Source: Curvularia clavata
Lineage: Eukaryota
Assembly (NCBI GenBank): GCA_023920165.1
Contig: CP089274.1
Coordinates: 4,092,001 to 4,156,000 of the forward strand
Direction of reading: 5' to 3'
Length of the DNA stretch: 64,000 nt
Under the pieces are notes generated by a model. It saw only the letters and a program-made list of their open reading frames with translations, searched no databases and was not told the origin of the DNA. Within the stretch, counting starts at the first letter, position 1, and each line of letters starts with the position of its first letter. A program made the position numbers and the translations under genes. Below are positions 50,954-63,350 of the stretch, piece after piece.

Positions 50954-51996
50954 GATTACGGGCAATGAATGAAGTATGAGATAAGGAAGCAGTAGTGGTC
51001 ACGGCGGAGGTTCACTGGAGATTATGGCTCAAGCACTAATTCTCAACTGCAGAAAGTCAGCCGCGCCCTGGTTGAGTGATGTAACACGCAGCGACGGGGT
51101 TTGATGCCAACATTCGTATATATTATGCAGAGACAGCGCCGGAGAGCTGGCATGCAGCGGTTGCACTCTGTCTACCTGTTTGAGGCTAGCAGTCAATGAC
51201 TCGGGACGTCGCAAACAGCAGGATAAGCTGGCAGCGTTACGTATGCCACGGAATGCTGGACAGGGAGTATTGTCGGTTTTCAGCGGGATGGCGTTACGTC
51301 TGGGAGCTCAGAGTTTCTCGCAGATGGGCAAAAAACGTCTTGCCTGGTGGTTGCGCCACTCACCGCCCTCGGATCAGGCAAAGTGCGGCGTAGTGTGCAG
51401 GGATTAGGCTGTCGGAACCTGCAGCCTGCAGCGGGGTACGCTAGCCCAAATGCGGCCATGGCGTCATCGGACACTTTTACGACGACTTTTTTCTTTCCAC
51501 TATTCTGCCCTATCGTCTGGCGTATAATGGGCACAAAGCATACGGAACAAGCTTTTCACGATGCCCTACAGCAATCTATTAAAGGAATTTCTCGCCTTTC
51601 ATTCGCTAGCGACGAGCATCCCTTTATCCAGCGCAATCTTGTCGTGAACCGTTACAGACTCGTGCATACGTAGCTGAAGACTGTTGACCAAAGCACGTGC
51701 ACAGTTCCGGCCCTATCGTAAACGGCCCTTTTTAGTACGCCCTTATCTTGGAAGGCAAACTACATATCCTGCAGCCGGTCAAAAGACACACCACCCAGCC
51801 TCTCTTCACGACTCACTTTGCTGGCCGGCTTGCTGCCGACCAACCGATTGCGATCCCCGGTCTGTGCTTACTACACTGGCTCTTCGCGCGATCGTCCGCA
51901 TATATATAAACTCGCTGGAACGTGGAAAAACGTCTATCCAGTCCAAGTATCCCCCTCGCCACCTTTTCCATCTTCACCCTCTACCCACACGCGACA

Positions 51997-53679
51997 ATGG
52001 CTTTTGAGACTGTGACGTCCATCCCTCAGGATGCCCAATACGACTTTGTCATTGTCGGAGGTGGCACAGCTGGCTGTGTCATTGCCTCGCGCCTTACTGA
52101 ATACCTCCCCAACAAGAAAGTCCTCCTAGTCGAGGCTGGCCCAAGCGACTTCATGGATGACCGTGTCCTGCTCCTCAAAGACTGGCTCAACCTGCTCGGA
52201 GGAGAGCTCGACTACGACTACGGTACCACCGAACAGCCCAATGGCAACTCACACATCCGACACTCACGTGCAAAGGTCCTTGGTGGTTGCTCTTCACACA
52301 ACACTCTTATCTCTTTCAGGCCGTTTGAGTACGACTGCAAGCGATGGGAGGCTCAAGGCTGCAAGGGCTGGAGCTTCAAGACTTTTATGCGTGTGCTTGA
52401 CAACCTCCGCAACACCGTCCAGCCCGTGCACGAGAGACACCGAAACCAGCTTTGCCTCGACTGGGTCGAGTCGTGCTCCACCGCCATGAACATTCCCGTG
52501 ATCCACGACTTCAACCATGAGATCAAGACCAAGGGTGCTCTCAAGCCTTCCGTCGGCTTCTTCTCCGTTTCATACAACCCTGATGACGGCCGCCGAAGCA
52601 GCGCTAGTGTAGCGTACATTCATCCCATTCTCCGTGGCGAGGAGACTCGCGACAACCTGACTGTGCTCACCAACGCATGGGTTAGCAAGATCAATGTGTC
52701 AGGTAACAAGGTCACTGGTGTCAACCTCACCCTCCAGAGCGGCGAAAAGCGCACCATCAACCCCAAATGCGAAACCATTCTCTGTGCTGGTGCCGTCGAC
52801 ACCCCACGACTGATGCTCTTGTCTGGTATTGGCCCCAAGCAACAACTCTCCGACCTCGGCATCCCCGTTATCAAGGATTTGCCTGGTGTAGGTGAGAACT
52901 TGCTTGATCACCCAGAGAGTATCATCCTCTGGGAGCTCAACAAGCCCGTTCCTGCAAATCAGACCACCCAAGATTCAGATGCCGGTATCTTCCTCCGACG
53001 AGAGGTTCCCAACGCAGCTGGTGATGATGGTGACATTGTTGACATTATGATGCACTGCTACCAAATTCCTTTCTGCCTGAACACTGCTCGGTAAGCGACA
53101 AAGGCTCATTTTGAAAATTGCAAACTCTAACATATGCGCAGTTTGGGTTATGACTCTCCTATTGATGCCTTCTGCATGACCCCCAACATTCCCCGCCCCC
53201 GCTCCCGCGGTCGCCTCTACCTCACCTCCGCTGACCCCAACGTCAAGCCCGCCCTTGACTTTCGCTACTTCACTGACCCCGAAGGCTATGACGCCGCAAC
53301 CATTGTTGCCGGTCTCAAGGCCGCACGAGAAGTCGCCAAGCAAGCCCCATTCTCCAACTGGATCAAGCGTGAGGTCGCCCCTGGCCCCCACATCACCTCT
53401 GATGAGGACCTTTCCGAGTACGGCCGCCGCGTTGCTCATACCGTCTACCACCCTGCCGGTACCACCAAGATGGGCGACGTCACCAAGGACGAAAAGGCCG
53501 TCGTCGACGCTGAACTCAAGGTCAGCGGCCTCAAGGGCATGCGTATTGCCGACGCTGGTGTTTTCCCAGAAATGCCTACTATCAACCCCATGTTGACTGT
53601 CCTTGGCATCGGCGAGCGTGCTGCTGAGCTGATTGCCCAGGAATGGGGCTGGAAGGGTCTGGAGAAGGAGAAGTTGTAA
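51997..53679 (+). CDS. codA: Choline oxidase (GMC oxidoreductase)
   Basis: GGGTAG FAD motif, RAKVLGGCSSHN (His at the flavinylation position, as in Arthrobacter choline oxidase), TVYHPAGT, TINPMLT. Intron 53091-53141. Confidence 0.9.
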
Positions 53680-53976
53680 ATGTGGGTGTGGAGACGAAAA
53701 AGAAGATTTGAGTATTTGATGGGAGCATTTGTGACGATTATATGATGATGATGCTGCTAAGTTTCTTTTCATGTTGTTTATATATATATTGATGGCTGGT
53801 ATCGAACGATCTATCCAATTTGACAATACTTACCCCTTGAGGGATTCATGATTTGCAAAAGAAATACTTGGAATGTAGTGTGTTCTGGGGTCGCGGTGAT
53901 GTTTTTGTTGATGTATTTTTGACCTTGCGGTTTCATCACATCCAGTAAGAAGTTAAATAATCTGGGTTATTAACTA

Positions 53977-54060
53977 ACGTCCGTCCCTATGTGCCGGGAC
54001 GCACGATGTGACGGGACACCGTCTCGTTCGGACGCTCGTACTGCCTGTTACATTCTCAAA
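53977..54060 (+). repeat. Left terminal inverted repeat of the large element
   Basis: Ungapped match to the reverse complement of 63351-63434; preceded by TA at 53975-53976. Confidence 0.88.
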
Positions 54061-55305
54061 TATAGGTAAGTAAGGTGCGCGTCTATTCTGTAACTCTTAT
54101 TCTCTAAGCACATTGGCCTCTGATGCCAAAAATCGCGTTGTTGCCTATACTGTCGCTCGTTCTATTAGTGCCTGCGACCCACTCTCCTCTATTAAACCCC
54201 TGCTTGTTGGCGATAGTATATTAGTAAGGAGTTTAGTGGGCTAAGGGAGAAACTAAGATGTTAGAGTTTAAGACTGTAGCTTTAGAAGTTTAATATAAGG
54301 TGAAGTGTATACATTCCGGCTGTTTCTCCGCGCTGGCGACAACATCGTCAAAACGCGTGCAGCCGGCCGTGCGACTTTAGCGGCATTTGGCAGCGGTAGC
54401 GTGCTGAGATATCTGCGAGGGGTTGCGTGTTGTGTAGCTTGGAGCTGCGGCTCTCACTCATTGCCTGACCTTAGACAGCTCTTATTCCCAGGCCGTATAG
54501 ACAGCCGCCCCCGTTGCATAGTAGAGCCAGGCGAGACGTTACAACGATAATCTTTATAGATTAGTTAGCTGTAATTGCTAGCATCTTACCTACATATACA
54601 CTCTTCTAATATGAGTTTGTAAGGCAAATACTGCCTTAGCGCAAATAGCGAGTTGAGGCAGTGTAGGACGCTGGGCGCTTGATGCAACTAGCAGCATCTT
54701 CAGCCTGGTTGTGTGTTCTGCCTCACTAGGATGCTTTCTCTGTCTTATTGTAAAGATGCCATTCTACTCCCGCTAACGTTCTACTCTCACTCATCTACTA
54801 CAGAATTTGTTCATGCCTCTAGTTCTTTAGACTAAAGTCCGAGCTGCAAGCGCCATGCGGCTCCTCCTGTACGGGGCTGCGCTCCGTGGAGCAATCGCTT
54901 TGGTATACAAGAGATTGTATTCGATAGGGAGCCAAGCTCCCAAGTTGCATAGCTATCCATATACAATACTAGTTGCCTAAGCAACAATCGGGTCGATCTA
55001 GTCCGGCGTTTAAGCGCCGTTTAGACAGTGTAAGCACCCGGAATCTGTAAGACGACCCGAGATCCCGTCGAGGAGTAAGACCAAAGGGCACCAGCCCGTT
55101 ACAGCTTTGTGTTGCTGCGTGCGTAGACCGAAATGACATTCCGCTCGATCTACTCAAGGCAGCTTCGCCTCAGGTCTGTGTAGATGCGATTATGACACAG
55201 GGCTGATCGAAATCGGTTTCCGTATCATGCACTTTGCTTGTTCTCGTCGCACGGTTCTCCAACAAGGCGCTTATCCTAGCTGGAACATATTTCTAAAACA
55301 ACTTA

Positions 55306-57166
55306 ACGTGACGGATAAGCGAGTCGGTCAGGCAAGCGAGTCGGTCACCTCACCAACTTTGCGCACCTCTATAAGCGTGTAGCTCCACCACCATATAGCT
55401 ATCTTAATATGTATTAATATAGGAAGTTAAGTAGTATCTACAGTATCCTTCTTACATGTACGTGAGTTATGGCCAGTCTCTCTACATTTACTACAGCGCG
55501 CCAAAGCCTGGCGGCTCACACCTGATCGCTCCCCTCCTTGACGCTCTTCGTAAGCAATCTGCTGATCAGCCTCGCGTTGAGCGAGTAGATCCTCTCCAGC
55601 TCCCTTTGTAAGGACTCCTCGCTTCTGTATTCGCTTCTTTTTACGCTGTCTACGCTTTGTGGCTGTATCATTAGCCTTTTCAAGGCTGGCGATTCGATCG
55701 CGCATTAGCTCAGCTGAGAGTATCATTATCTCTGCCCCCTTCTTAAGCTGGCCAATCGCCGCAATAATTGAAGCTGGTGATGAGCTTTTGTGCTGTCGAA
55801 CGCGATTACTTATTAATGTTGATTGAGCTTCAAGCTCGCGTACGTTGCTCGGCGTACAGGCCTGCCAGAGAGCTTCTGCGAGAGCTGGTAGAGCTGGCGT
55901 AGTTGGCGTACATAGCTGCACGTCAAGCTTTGATAGAACAGTATCTGGCTGGAGAGGAACAAGGCCTGCACCTCGAAAAGCTGAGCATATATTGGCTGAC
56001 GTGAATGATTGATCAAAGGCTGCCTTAAATGCTGGCAGAAACTCGAGCTTGGTGATGTGGTTGATGTGGTTGCGTATTAGGCTCTCTATCTCACGGCTAT
56101 ACGCGCGCTTCAATGGCGAGAAGCAGCCAACGTCAAGAGGCTGAAGAAGGTGAGACGAGTGAGGCGGCATACAGAGCGTGTAGATATTGTTCTCCTTGCA
56201 GAGCTCTTGGAACTCAAGTGACTGGTGGCTCTCATGGCCGTCAAGAATAAGCAGCCGGCGTGACCCAACAACCTTGCCATCTGTATGCTTGACAAAGTGC
56301 TTCAGCCACTCAACTCCTAGCTCATTGGTCGTCCAGCCATTATCGCTAACTGCGATAGCCCAGTTGCGTGGGATTTCTGCCTCCTCATACCAGGCAGATA
56401 GGTGATACTTGCCAGTAAAGATTAGAAACAGTGGGATAGACCAGCCAGCTGCATTAATCCCAGCGATAAATGTTACCCACTCTCGGCCACCTGGCTGGAC
56501 GGCCTTTGGCCGGCCTCTTCTCTCTGACGCTGTAATGATAAGCTGAGTAGTAATCTTGCCCATTGAGAAGCCAGCTTCGTCAAAGTTGTAGACGTCCTCG
56601 TCACAGATGCCGTACTTGGCCTTTGTCTGCTCCACAAGCTCAAACCAGTTCTTGATTAAGACTGGATCTTCACATAGAGCCCTCTGCCTATCGTACGCCC
56701 GACTAAAACGCGTCGTAAGACTGTCTGTACGCTTGACAAAGTTAGCTGGCCACTTCTGTCCAACCTGGCCAGCGCCGCGCGCAGCTAGCAGCTTATTAGC
56801 CATATCGCGCACAGCAGCGTAGGTAGGCGCAAATTCACGTAAGTCAAGATCAAGTATATGATTAGCTATCACATCTTCCTCTAGCTTAGTAAGTTTCTTT
56901 GAGTTGGGCTGGCAATCGCGTCGCACGCGCTTCCCAGCGCGTCGGTCAATTAGTGTTAATTTTGGAATATTAAAGGCTATAGCAGCGCGCCGGGTACTCT
57001 AGATTTGGTTTCTATTTAAAGAAGAGAGAGCAAGCTGAATATCTACTTCGTGAGAAATTGACTGAGAAGCGTGGCTTAGAGGCATTGTACGCAAAGGTGT
57101 GGTAGGTGATCAAAGTTGGTGGGGTGACCGACTCGCTTGCCTGACCGACTCGCTTATCCGTCACGT
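55306..57166 (-). mobile_element. Fot1/Pot2-like pogo DNA transposon (1861 bp), full length, nested in the large element
   Basis: 56-bp TIRs (55/56 identical) starting ACGTGACGGATAAGCGAGTCGGTCAGGCAAGCGAGTCGGTCACC, each with two AAGCGAGTCGGTCA direct repeats. TA target duplication at 55304-55305 and 57167-57168. Confidence 0.96.
55427..57085 (-). pseudogene. Pogo/Fot1 transposase (HTH, DDE_1, CCHC knuckle) with a premature TAG at codon 29
   Basis: ATG 57085 MPLSHASQ...NRNQI*STRRAA continues in frame into ORF 55427..56926. Catalytic motifs YNFDEAGF, LILDGHESH, QPLDVGCF; C-terminal CSKCRETGHNSRTC. Confidence 0.9.
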
Positions 57167-58183
57167 TAGTTAGTCATCCTGTTTAAGCTAGTTAGTTGTA
57201 AACTGTAGCTATCAACGACAATAGTAAAAAACAAAGCAGGAGATAGAGGGAAAGTGTAGGTGAAAGAGAGAGCGAAGCGTAGGATAGTTCACACAAGTAA
57301 GTTTAAGGTGCTAAACTCTAGGCTACATAGCCATCTATATACCTAGGAGCTGATAGATAGTAAAGGCTGATCGTCCGATCGGTGATTAGGGCAGGCAACA
57401 GAGAAGCACCAAGACCATAGACGAGGATAAGGGAGCAAAAGGCTATTATAGCCTAGTATATAACCAAGCTTACTCCTGCTTTAGTGCACGTCCCAGCTTC
57501 TAATTGGTTGCTTACATGAGTGTAAGACGGTATATAGCTGCATCTAGAGGTTTAAAGATATGCTGCGGAGAACAGTTCCGCGACTGATAATGATTAGGCA
57601 AGCACTTTTAGACGAGGCAGAGTTATTGATTGTTACCGACGCCATGTCCGGAATAGCTGCATATGACTGAGAGTCGTGGAGACTGTGAGTTGAATCTGCA
57701 GCCTATTTGCGTACCTAGCTAATGAGCAGCCAATGATCAAGACGGTGTTGCCGCCCCCACGACTTGCCTGCGTCTGCAGAGGCATCTGCTGACCGTCAAT
57801 TCGACGGCACAGCTCAGCCCGCCCGCTTAAAGCTAACAACATGCATGCAGTAGGGGCTGTGCGAGCTACCAAGCAGGAAGCTAGAAGTTGAGAGCCCAAG
57901 GGGCTGAGGGCTTGTATTACGAGCAGGGCAAGGTTCAAAGTCCTGCCATATAGCTCATCTTGATGAACATACCCAGTACCCAAACCACAATCAGCTTCCG
58001 ATACAGCTATTGTGCAAATTCGAGATGCAGCGCAAGATACGACCATAGCTAAGGCGAAAGATTCTATACTATCTAGACAAACCGTAGCGCCGCCATAAAA
58101 CGCCGCATTCCCGCTATTCATCCCTCATCCGACCCACCGCGTTCTCGTGCTCTCGAGCACATCGCGACTGATATAGTTGCACC

Positions 58184-61100
58184 ATGATTCCGGTTCCATC
58201 AAAAGTGGACAACTCAGAATATACTGTTGGATGGATTGCCGCATTACCACATGAAAGGGCCGCAGCTCAAGCAATGCTAGACCAGAAGCATGCACCGCCC
58301 CAGCAGAAACATGTAAATGACCACAACATCTACAGCCTGGGCTCCATCACCAGTCCGAACGGAGAACATAATGTGGTTATCGCCAGCCTCCCGTTCGGCC
58401 GATACGGAACGACCTCCGCCGCTACGGTAGCGATGCAGATGCTCTCTAGCTTTCCCAATATCAAGTTCGGACTGATGGTTGGGATAGGGGGTGGCATCCC
58501 AAGCGAGGACAATGACATCCGGCTAGGCGATGTTGTGGTGAGCAAACCAGAGGGTACATTTGGAGGCGTCAGGCAGTATAATGTCGGAAAAGCTACTACC
58601 CACGGTTTCGAAGAGCGTGGCCAGCTAAACTCCCCACCACAAGTTCTTCTCAACGCTATGGGGGCGCTTGTAAGCAATCATGAAATGGAAGAGAGCGTCA
58701 TACCTAGTCTTTTAGAAGCTATGCAAAAGCAGTATCCGAATATGCGCAGCCAAGCGAAAGGGCCGGGATATGTCTACCAGGGTGCAAAATACGATCGGCT
58801 ATTCGAAACGGACTATACGCATGATAGTAGCAAGAGAGACTGTGACGAGTGCGACCCCGCGAAGGTGGTGAAGCGCCAAGAAAGATACGATCAAAATCCA
58901 TGGATTCACTATGGCACTATCGCTTCCGGCGACGAGGTTATCAAAGATGCTCGAAAACGGGATTTGCTGTCCAAAAACTGCCTCTGTTTCGAAACGGAAG
59001 CTGCTGGGTTAATGAATAATTTCCCGTGTCTTGTCATCCGTGGAATTTGCGACTATTCTGATAGTCATAAGAATGATCAGTGGCAAAAGTATGCGGCAGC
59101 TACGGCGGCTGCATATACCAAAGAGCTTCTTCAGATTACCGATGTTGCCGAAATCAAAAGCACACCTTGTGCACGCGATGTTATGGATGAGTGTTAGTTA
59201 TAATTCTCTATCTATGTTACAATTTAGCATTGTCATTATAGTTTAAAATGTTGACAATAGCGGCACTTCGATCATAAATTTTGAAGCTTGTGCTAATTTA
59301 AGACGCAGTAAAAGAAATCAAATCTATCGCAAAAGACATTATCCAAGATCAAAAGCGACATGATATTTTCGGATGGCTAACTACACTAAATCCATCTTCT
59401 CGGCATCTCGAGAGTCAAAAGAGGCGTGTTGAAGGTACAGGTAGATGGATGCTTGAGGACCCGAAGTTTGTCCAGTGGTCCTCGACAACGGCAAAATGTA
59501 GGACATTATGCTGTTACGGGGCTGCAGGGGCTGGCAAGACAGTTATATCGTGAGTAAAGAGAGAGTTGACTATTCATTCTGCTAGCTAACAGTCTGGAAC
59601 AGCTCCCTTGTGATTGATCAATTGAAAGAGCGCTTGGCAGCCACGAAGTCAAGCACAGGGCTCGCATACGTGTACTGCGATTACCGTGATCAGAAGGAAC
59701 AATCCATAGAAAACATCCTTGGCGCAGTCTTGAAGCAACTACTGGGGCTTCTACCTGAAATTCCTGAGATTGTTTTGAAAGTATACGACGAGTGGGCTAC
59801 TCATCAGAAACCACTAAGCTCGGCAGATGCGGTGGATCTCCTGCGCGCAACCTGTGCGCAGTTCAGTAGGACCTACGTTTGTCTAGACGCGCTTGATGAA
59901 TTCGGCGATATACGAGGTCTTTTAACCAAGTTGCGCGACAGTCCTTCCTCAATGCAAATATTCTTGACTGGTCGTCAACATATCCAGAATACTGTCCAGG
60001 AGTATTTCAACGAAGAGAACATCATTCCTATCGAAGCTTGCGAAAACGACATTCGACTATTCTGTGAACATGAAATTGGTGGAACTAATGATCTTGAGCC
60101 CGATGCTATGGACGAGAAACTTAGAAAGGCTACTTTGAGAAGAGTCACTGAATCTGCTGAAGGAGTGTTAGTATAGCCACATCCAGCATAACTCCCCGAT
60201 ACTAACAACAAATCATAACTAGCTTTCTACTACCTACCTTGCAAATCCGCGCCGTTCTCCAAGCTACAACAATACGTGATCGTTACAAAGCTCTCGAGAC
60301 GTTGCCGTCAAATCTTGACGAGGCCTTCAACGGAACTATGAGTAGAATTGAGCAGCAGCCCAGCGCTCTATTCAACAAAGCGGCAAGTATTCTTGCTTGG
60401 ATCCATCTAGCAGAACGTCCATTGACTGTCAATGAGCTGTTATGCTCCCTTTCGATCAAGGACGGTGACGAATATCTTGACCCGGACGGCATACCTATCA
60501 GAAAATCTCTACTGAACTGCTGTCAAGGGCTAGCTCTGATTGACGAAGAGACGTCAACTGTCCGTTTAGTCCACTATTCTCTCGAGGAATATCTCACCCG
60601 TCAAGACAGGATATTTGGCTACACCAAACTAGTATGGCAAAGCAGGATCGCACGTACATGTCTTACATTTCTCCAGTTTCCGTCAAGGAGAGCTGAAGCC
60701 ACAATAATGGAGAACGGCGAGACCATTACGCTTTTGTTCTATGCTGCTACACAATGGGGCCACCATCTTCGAAGGGCTGGTGATTTGGGAGATGCTCTAT
60801 TGGAACTTGCTATAGAATATCTCTACCGCGGATTAGCCGATAATCCCAAACACTTGCTCCTCCTGTACGAAACGATGTGTTCATATAGACCTTGGACGAA
60901 CAAACCCAATGATGTCTTGCGTACTCATATCGCAGCTTTCTTTGGCATTTCGGGAACCATGGCTCATCTGCTTTCAACAGATCAGACGAATCTAGACTCC
61001 AAGGACAAGGAAGGTCAGACGCCGCTATCGTGGGCTGCGAGGTGCGGACATAAGGTGGTGGTAAAGCTACTACTCGATACTAGCAAGGTGGACGTCAACT

Positions 61101-62014
61101 CGAAGAACAAGGAAGGTTACACGCCGCTATCGTGGGCTGCGAGGTGCGGATATGAGGCGGTTGTGAAGCTGCTGCTCGATACTAGCAAGGTGGAAATCGA
61201 CTATAAGAACAAGCACGGTCAGACGCCGCTATCGTTGGCTGCGGAGAGAGGACATGAGGCGGTTGTGAAGCTGCTGCTCGATACTAGCAAGGTGGAAATC
61301 GACTATAAGAACAAGCACGGTGAGACGCCGCTATCGTTGGCTGCGGAGAGTGGACATGAGACGGTCGTGAAGCTGCTACTCGATACTAACAAGGTGGACG
61401 TCAACTCCAAGGACGAGGAAGGTTACATACCGCTATCGTTGGCTGCGGAGAATGGACATGAGACGGTCGTGAAGCTGCTACTCGATACTAACAAGGTGGA
61501 CGTCAACTCCAAGGACGAGGAAGGTTACATACCGCTATCGTGGGCTGCGAAGAGGGGACATGAGGCGGTGGTAAAGCTACTACTCGATACTAGCAAGGTG
61601 GACGTTAACTATAAGAACGATTACGGTCAGACGCCGCTATCGTTGGCTGCGGAGAGAGGACATGAGACGGTCGTGAAGCTGCTACTCGATACTAGCAAGA
61701 TAGACGTCAACTCCAAGGACAAGAAAGGCCAGACGCCACTATTGTTGGCTGCGAAGATGGGACACGAGACAGTCATAAAGCTACTACTTGGTGCTAGCAA
61801 GGTGGACGTTAACTCTAAGGACAATTGTTATGGTCGGACACCATTATCATGGGCTGCGCAGAGGGGACACAAGGCGGTAGTAAGGCTGCTACTTAATACT
61901 GGCAAGGTGGACGTCAACTCTAAGGATTGGGATGGTCAGACGCCGCTATCGTTGGCTGCGTGGCGCAGACACGAGGCGGTCGTGAAGCTGCTTCAGTCTT
62001 CTATAGTCACGTAG
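58184..62014 (+). CDS. Fungal NLR: PNP_UDP (nucleoside phosphorylase) - NACHT - ankyrin repeats
   Basis: PNP motifs YTVGWIAALPHE, GLMVGIGGG, CFETEAAG, RGICDYSD. Introns 59193-59308, 59550-59602 and 60167-60222 give an open frame through GTGRW, P-loop CYGAAGAGKTVIS, Walker B CLDALDE, LVHYSLEEYL and 10 ankyrin repeats. Confidence 0.93.
60995..62000 (+). repeat. Ten tandem ~102-bp (34-aa) highly conserved ankyrin repeats
   Basis: Unit consensus [DN][SY]K[DN]xxG[QYER][TI]PLS[WL]AAxxGHE[AT]VVKLLLDT[SN]KV[DE][VI]; near-identical DNA between neighbouring units. Confidence 0.95.
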
Positions 62015-62381
62015 CATTTAACACTTCGCAAGCCGCCATCTCGCTCACTACCTTACTGCTAAAAGTCTCTTGTAGATCTATAGTCCCTTAAATAATTGTG
62101 TACTTTTGAATCCAATGTAGCTTGATCATCAACATCGAGATCATGTTAAAGCGTTTTTTATCTCGGTAGCGACGACATTGTTGTAAGTTCCTTATGATAG
62201 TTACGGAAAACACGGCAACGCTTAGTTTTCTAGAACCTCGAAAGCAAAATAGTCTCCATGGCATAGACTCCTGGTCTTCCTGTACAGCGGCTTTCCGTTT
62301 GCGATGTTAACATAGCTGTATGCTGTGCTGTATTACTGTAACAGGTTAACTATTCAGTTGTTTAGTTAGCGTAGAGAGAAT

Positions 62382-62652
62382 TGTAACGGCACGAGCAAGA
62401 CTAGTCGAATCGGTTCCTGTGGGAAGTGTCACTTAAATGCACATGGAGGTGCGTGGAACAATAGAAACACCTTAGGTTTGGTAGACACTCATAGGCCTGG
62501 TACGAAAGAATATTAAAAATCTACTAAACATCTATGGAAGGTACTAGGTACTTCTACCTTAGTACGGGTCTTCATCGGATCTGTCCCGGTTCTTGGTCGG
62601 ATCTCGATGAGCCGTCTTATCTGGGGTAGGTCTTGGTCAATGTATGGTTACA
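62382..62652. mobile_element. Probable solo LTR (271 bp)
   Basis: Begins TGTAAC and ends GTTACA (6-bp inverted ends, TG...CA), size typical of fungal LTRs. No target-site duplication visible. Confidence 0.4.
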
Positions 62653-63350
62653 ATTAGTATATTTAGTAGCATAGCAGATTTATCTTAGAGTTGGAGTATG
62701 TTATTATACTAAAGTTCTTAGTAGCTTTGCATAATAGGTATTATACGCACTAGAGATTGGGAACTTAAGACTAAACTATGATTACTTGCAGCGCCGGGAA
62801 TAACAGCAGCCCGAAATATCACTCTCAGCGCCACAACCCCAGCCATAGTGCGCAGTAAAAGTTGCAGACATCTCAGCGCGCTAACTACTTCTGCCGGACG
62901 TTGCTTAGGACGCACGACCGATTGCATGCTTTTCGACGATCTAAACTTCCACGTGCCGGGATGCACACTGCTCACTTTAAGTCGACTCTTTGAGTGTACA
63001 GTCTTGATCTTTGCTATCTTAGCTTTCTTTCTAGCCTACCGAGCTATGTTGAAGTTTATGCTGTTGCAAAAAAAAACAAGAATTTATTAGAGGAAAGTTG
63101 ATGAATAGTACCAACGGAACAAGCGATAGTATGGTTAACAACCCGCTTTTTAGCGTTAGAGAGTAATATACTAGAAGAGTTAGAGGTATAGAATAGTGTA
63201 AGCAATTGAGTGTGTAAGAAGTATTGTGTATTCTCTTGTATATGATGCTGAGTACAAGTTTAAATACAGTGGCATTAGTCAGTGGCTAACCACGTGACTA
63301 TACATGGTACTTCTGGGCTTACAGATAGATATATATTGCGTTTATTTATT

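Noticed and set aside
57633..58121. 162-aa minus-strand ORF upstream of the NLR
   Set aside because: No recognisable motif and lies in degenerate sequence; cannot be supported as a gene.
60995..62000. CRISPR-like repeat array
   Set aside because: Units are in-frame 102-bp coding ankyrin repeats without unique spacers, in a eukaryotic gene.
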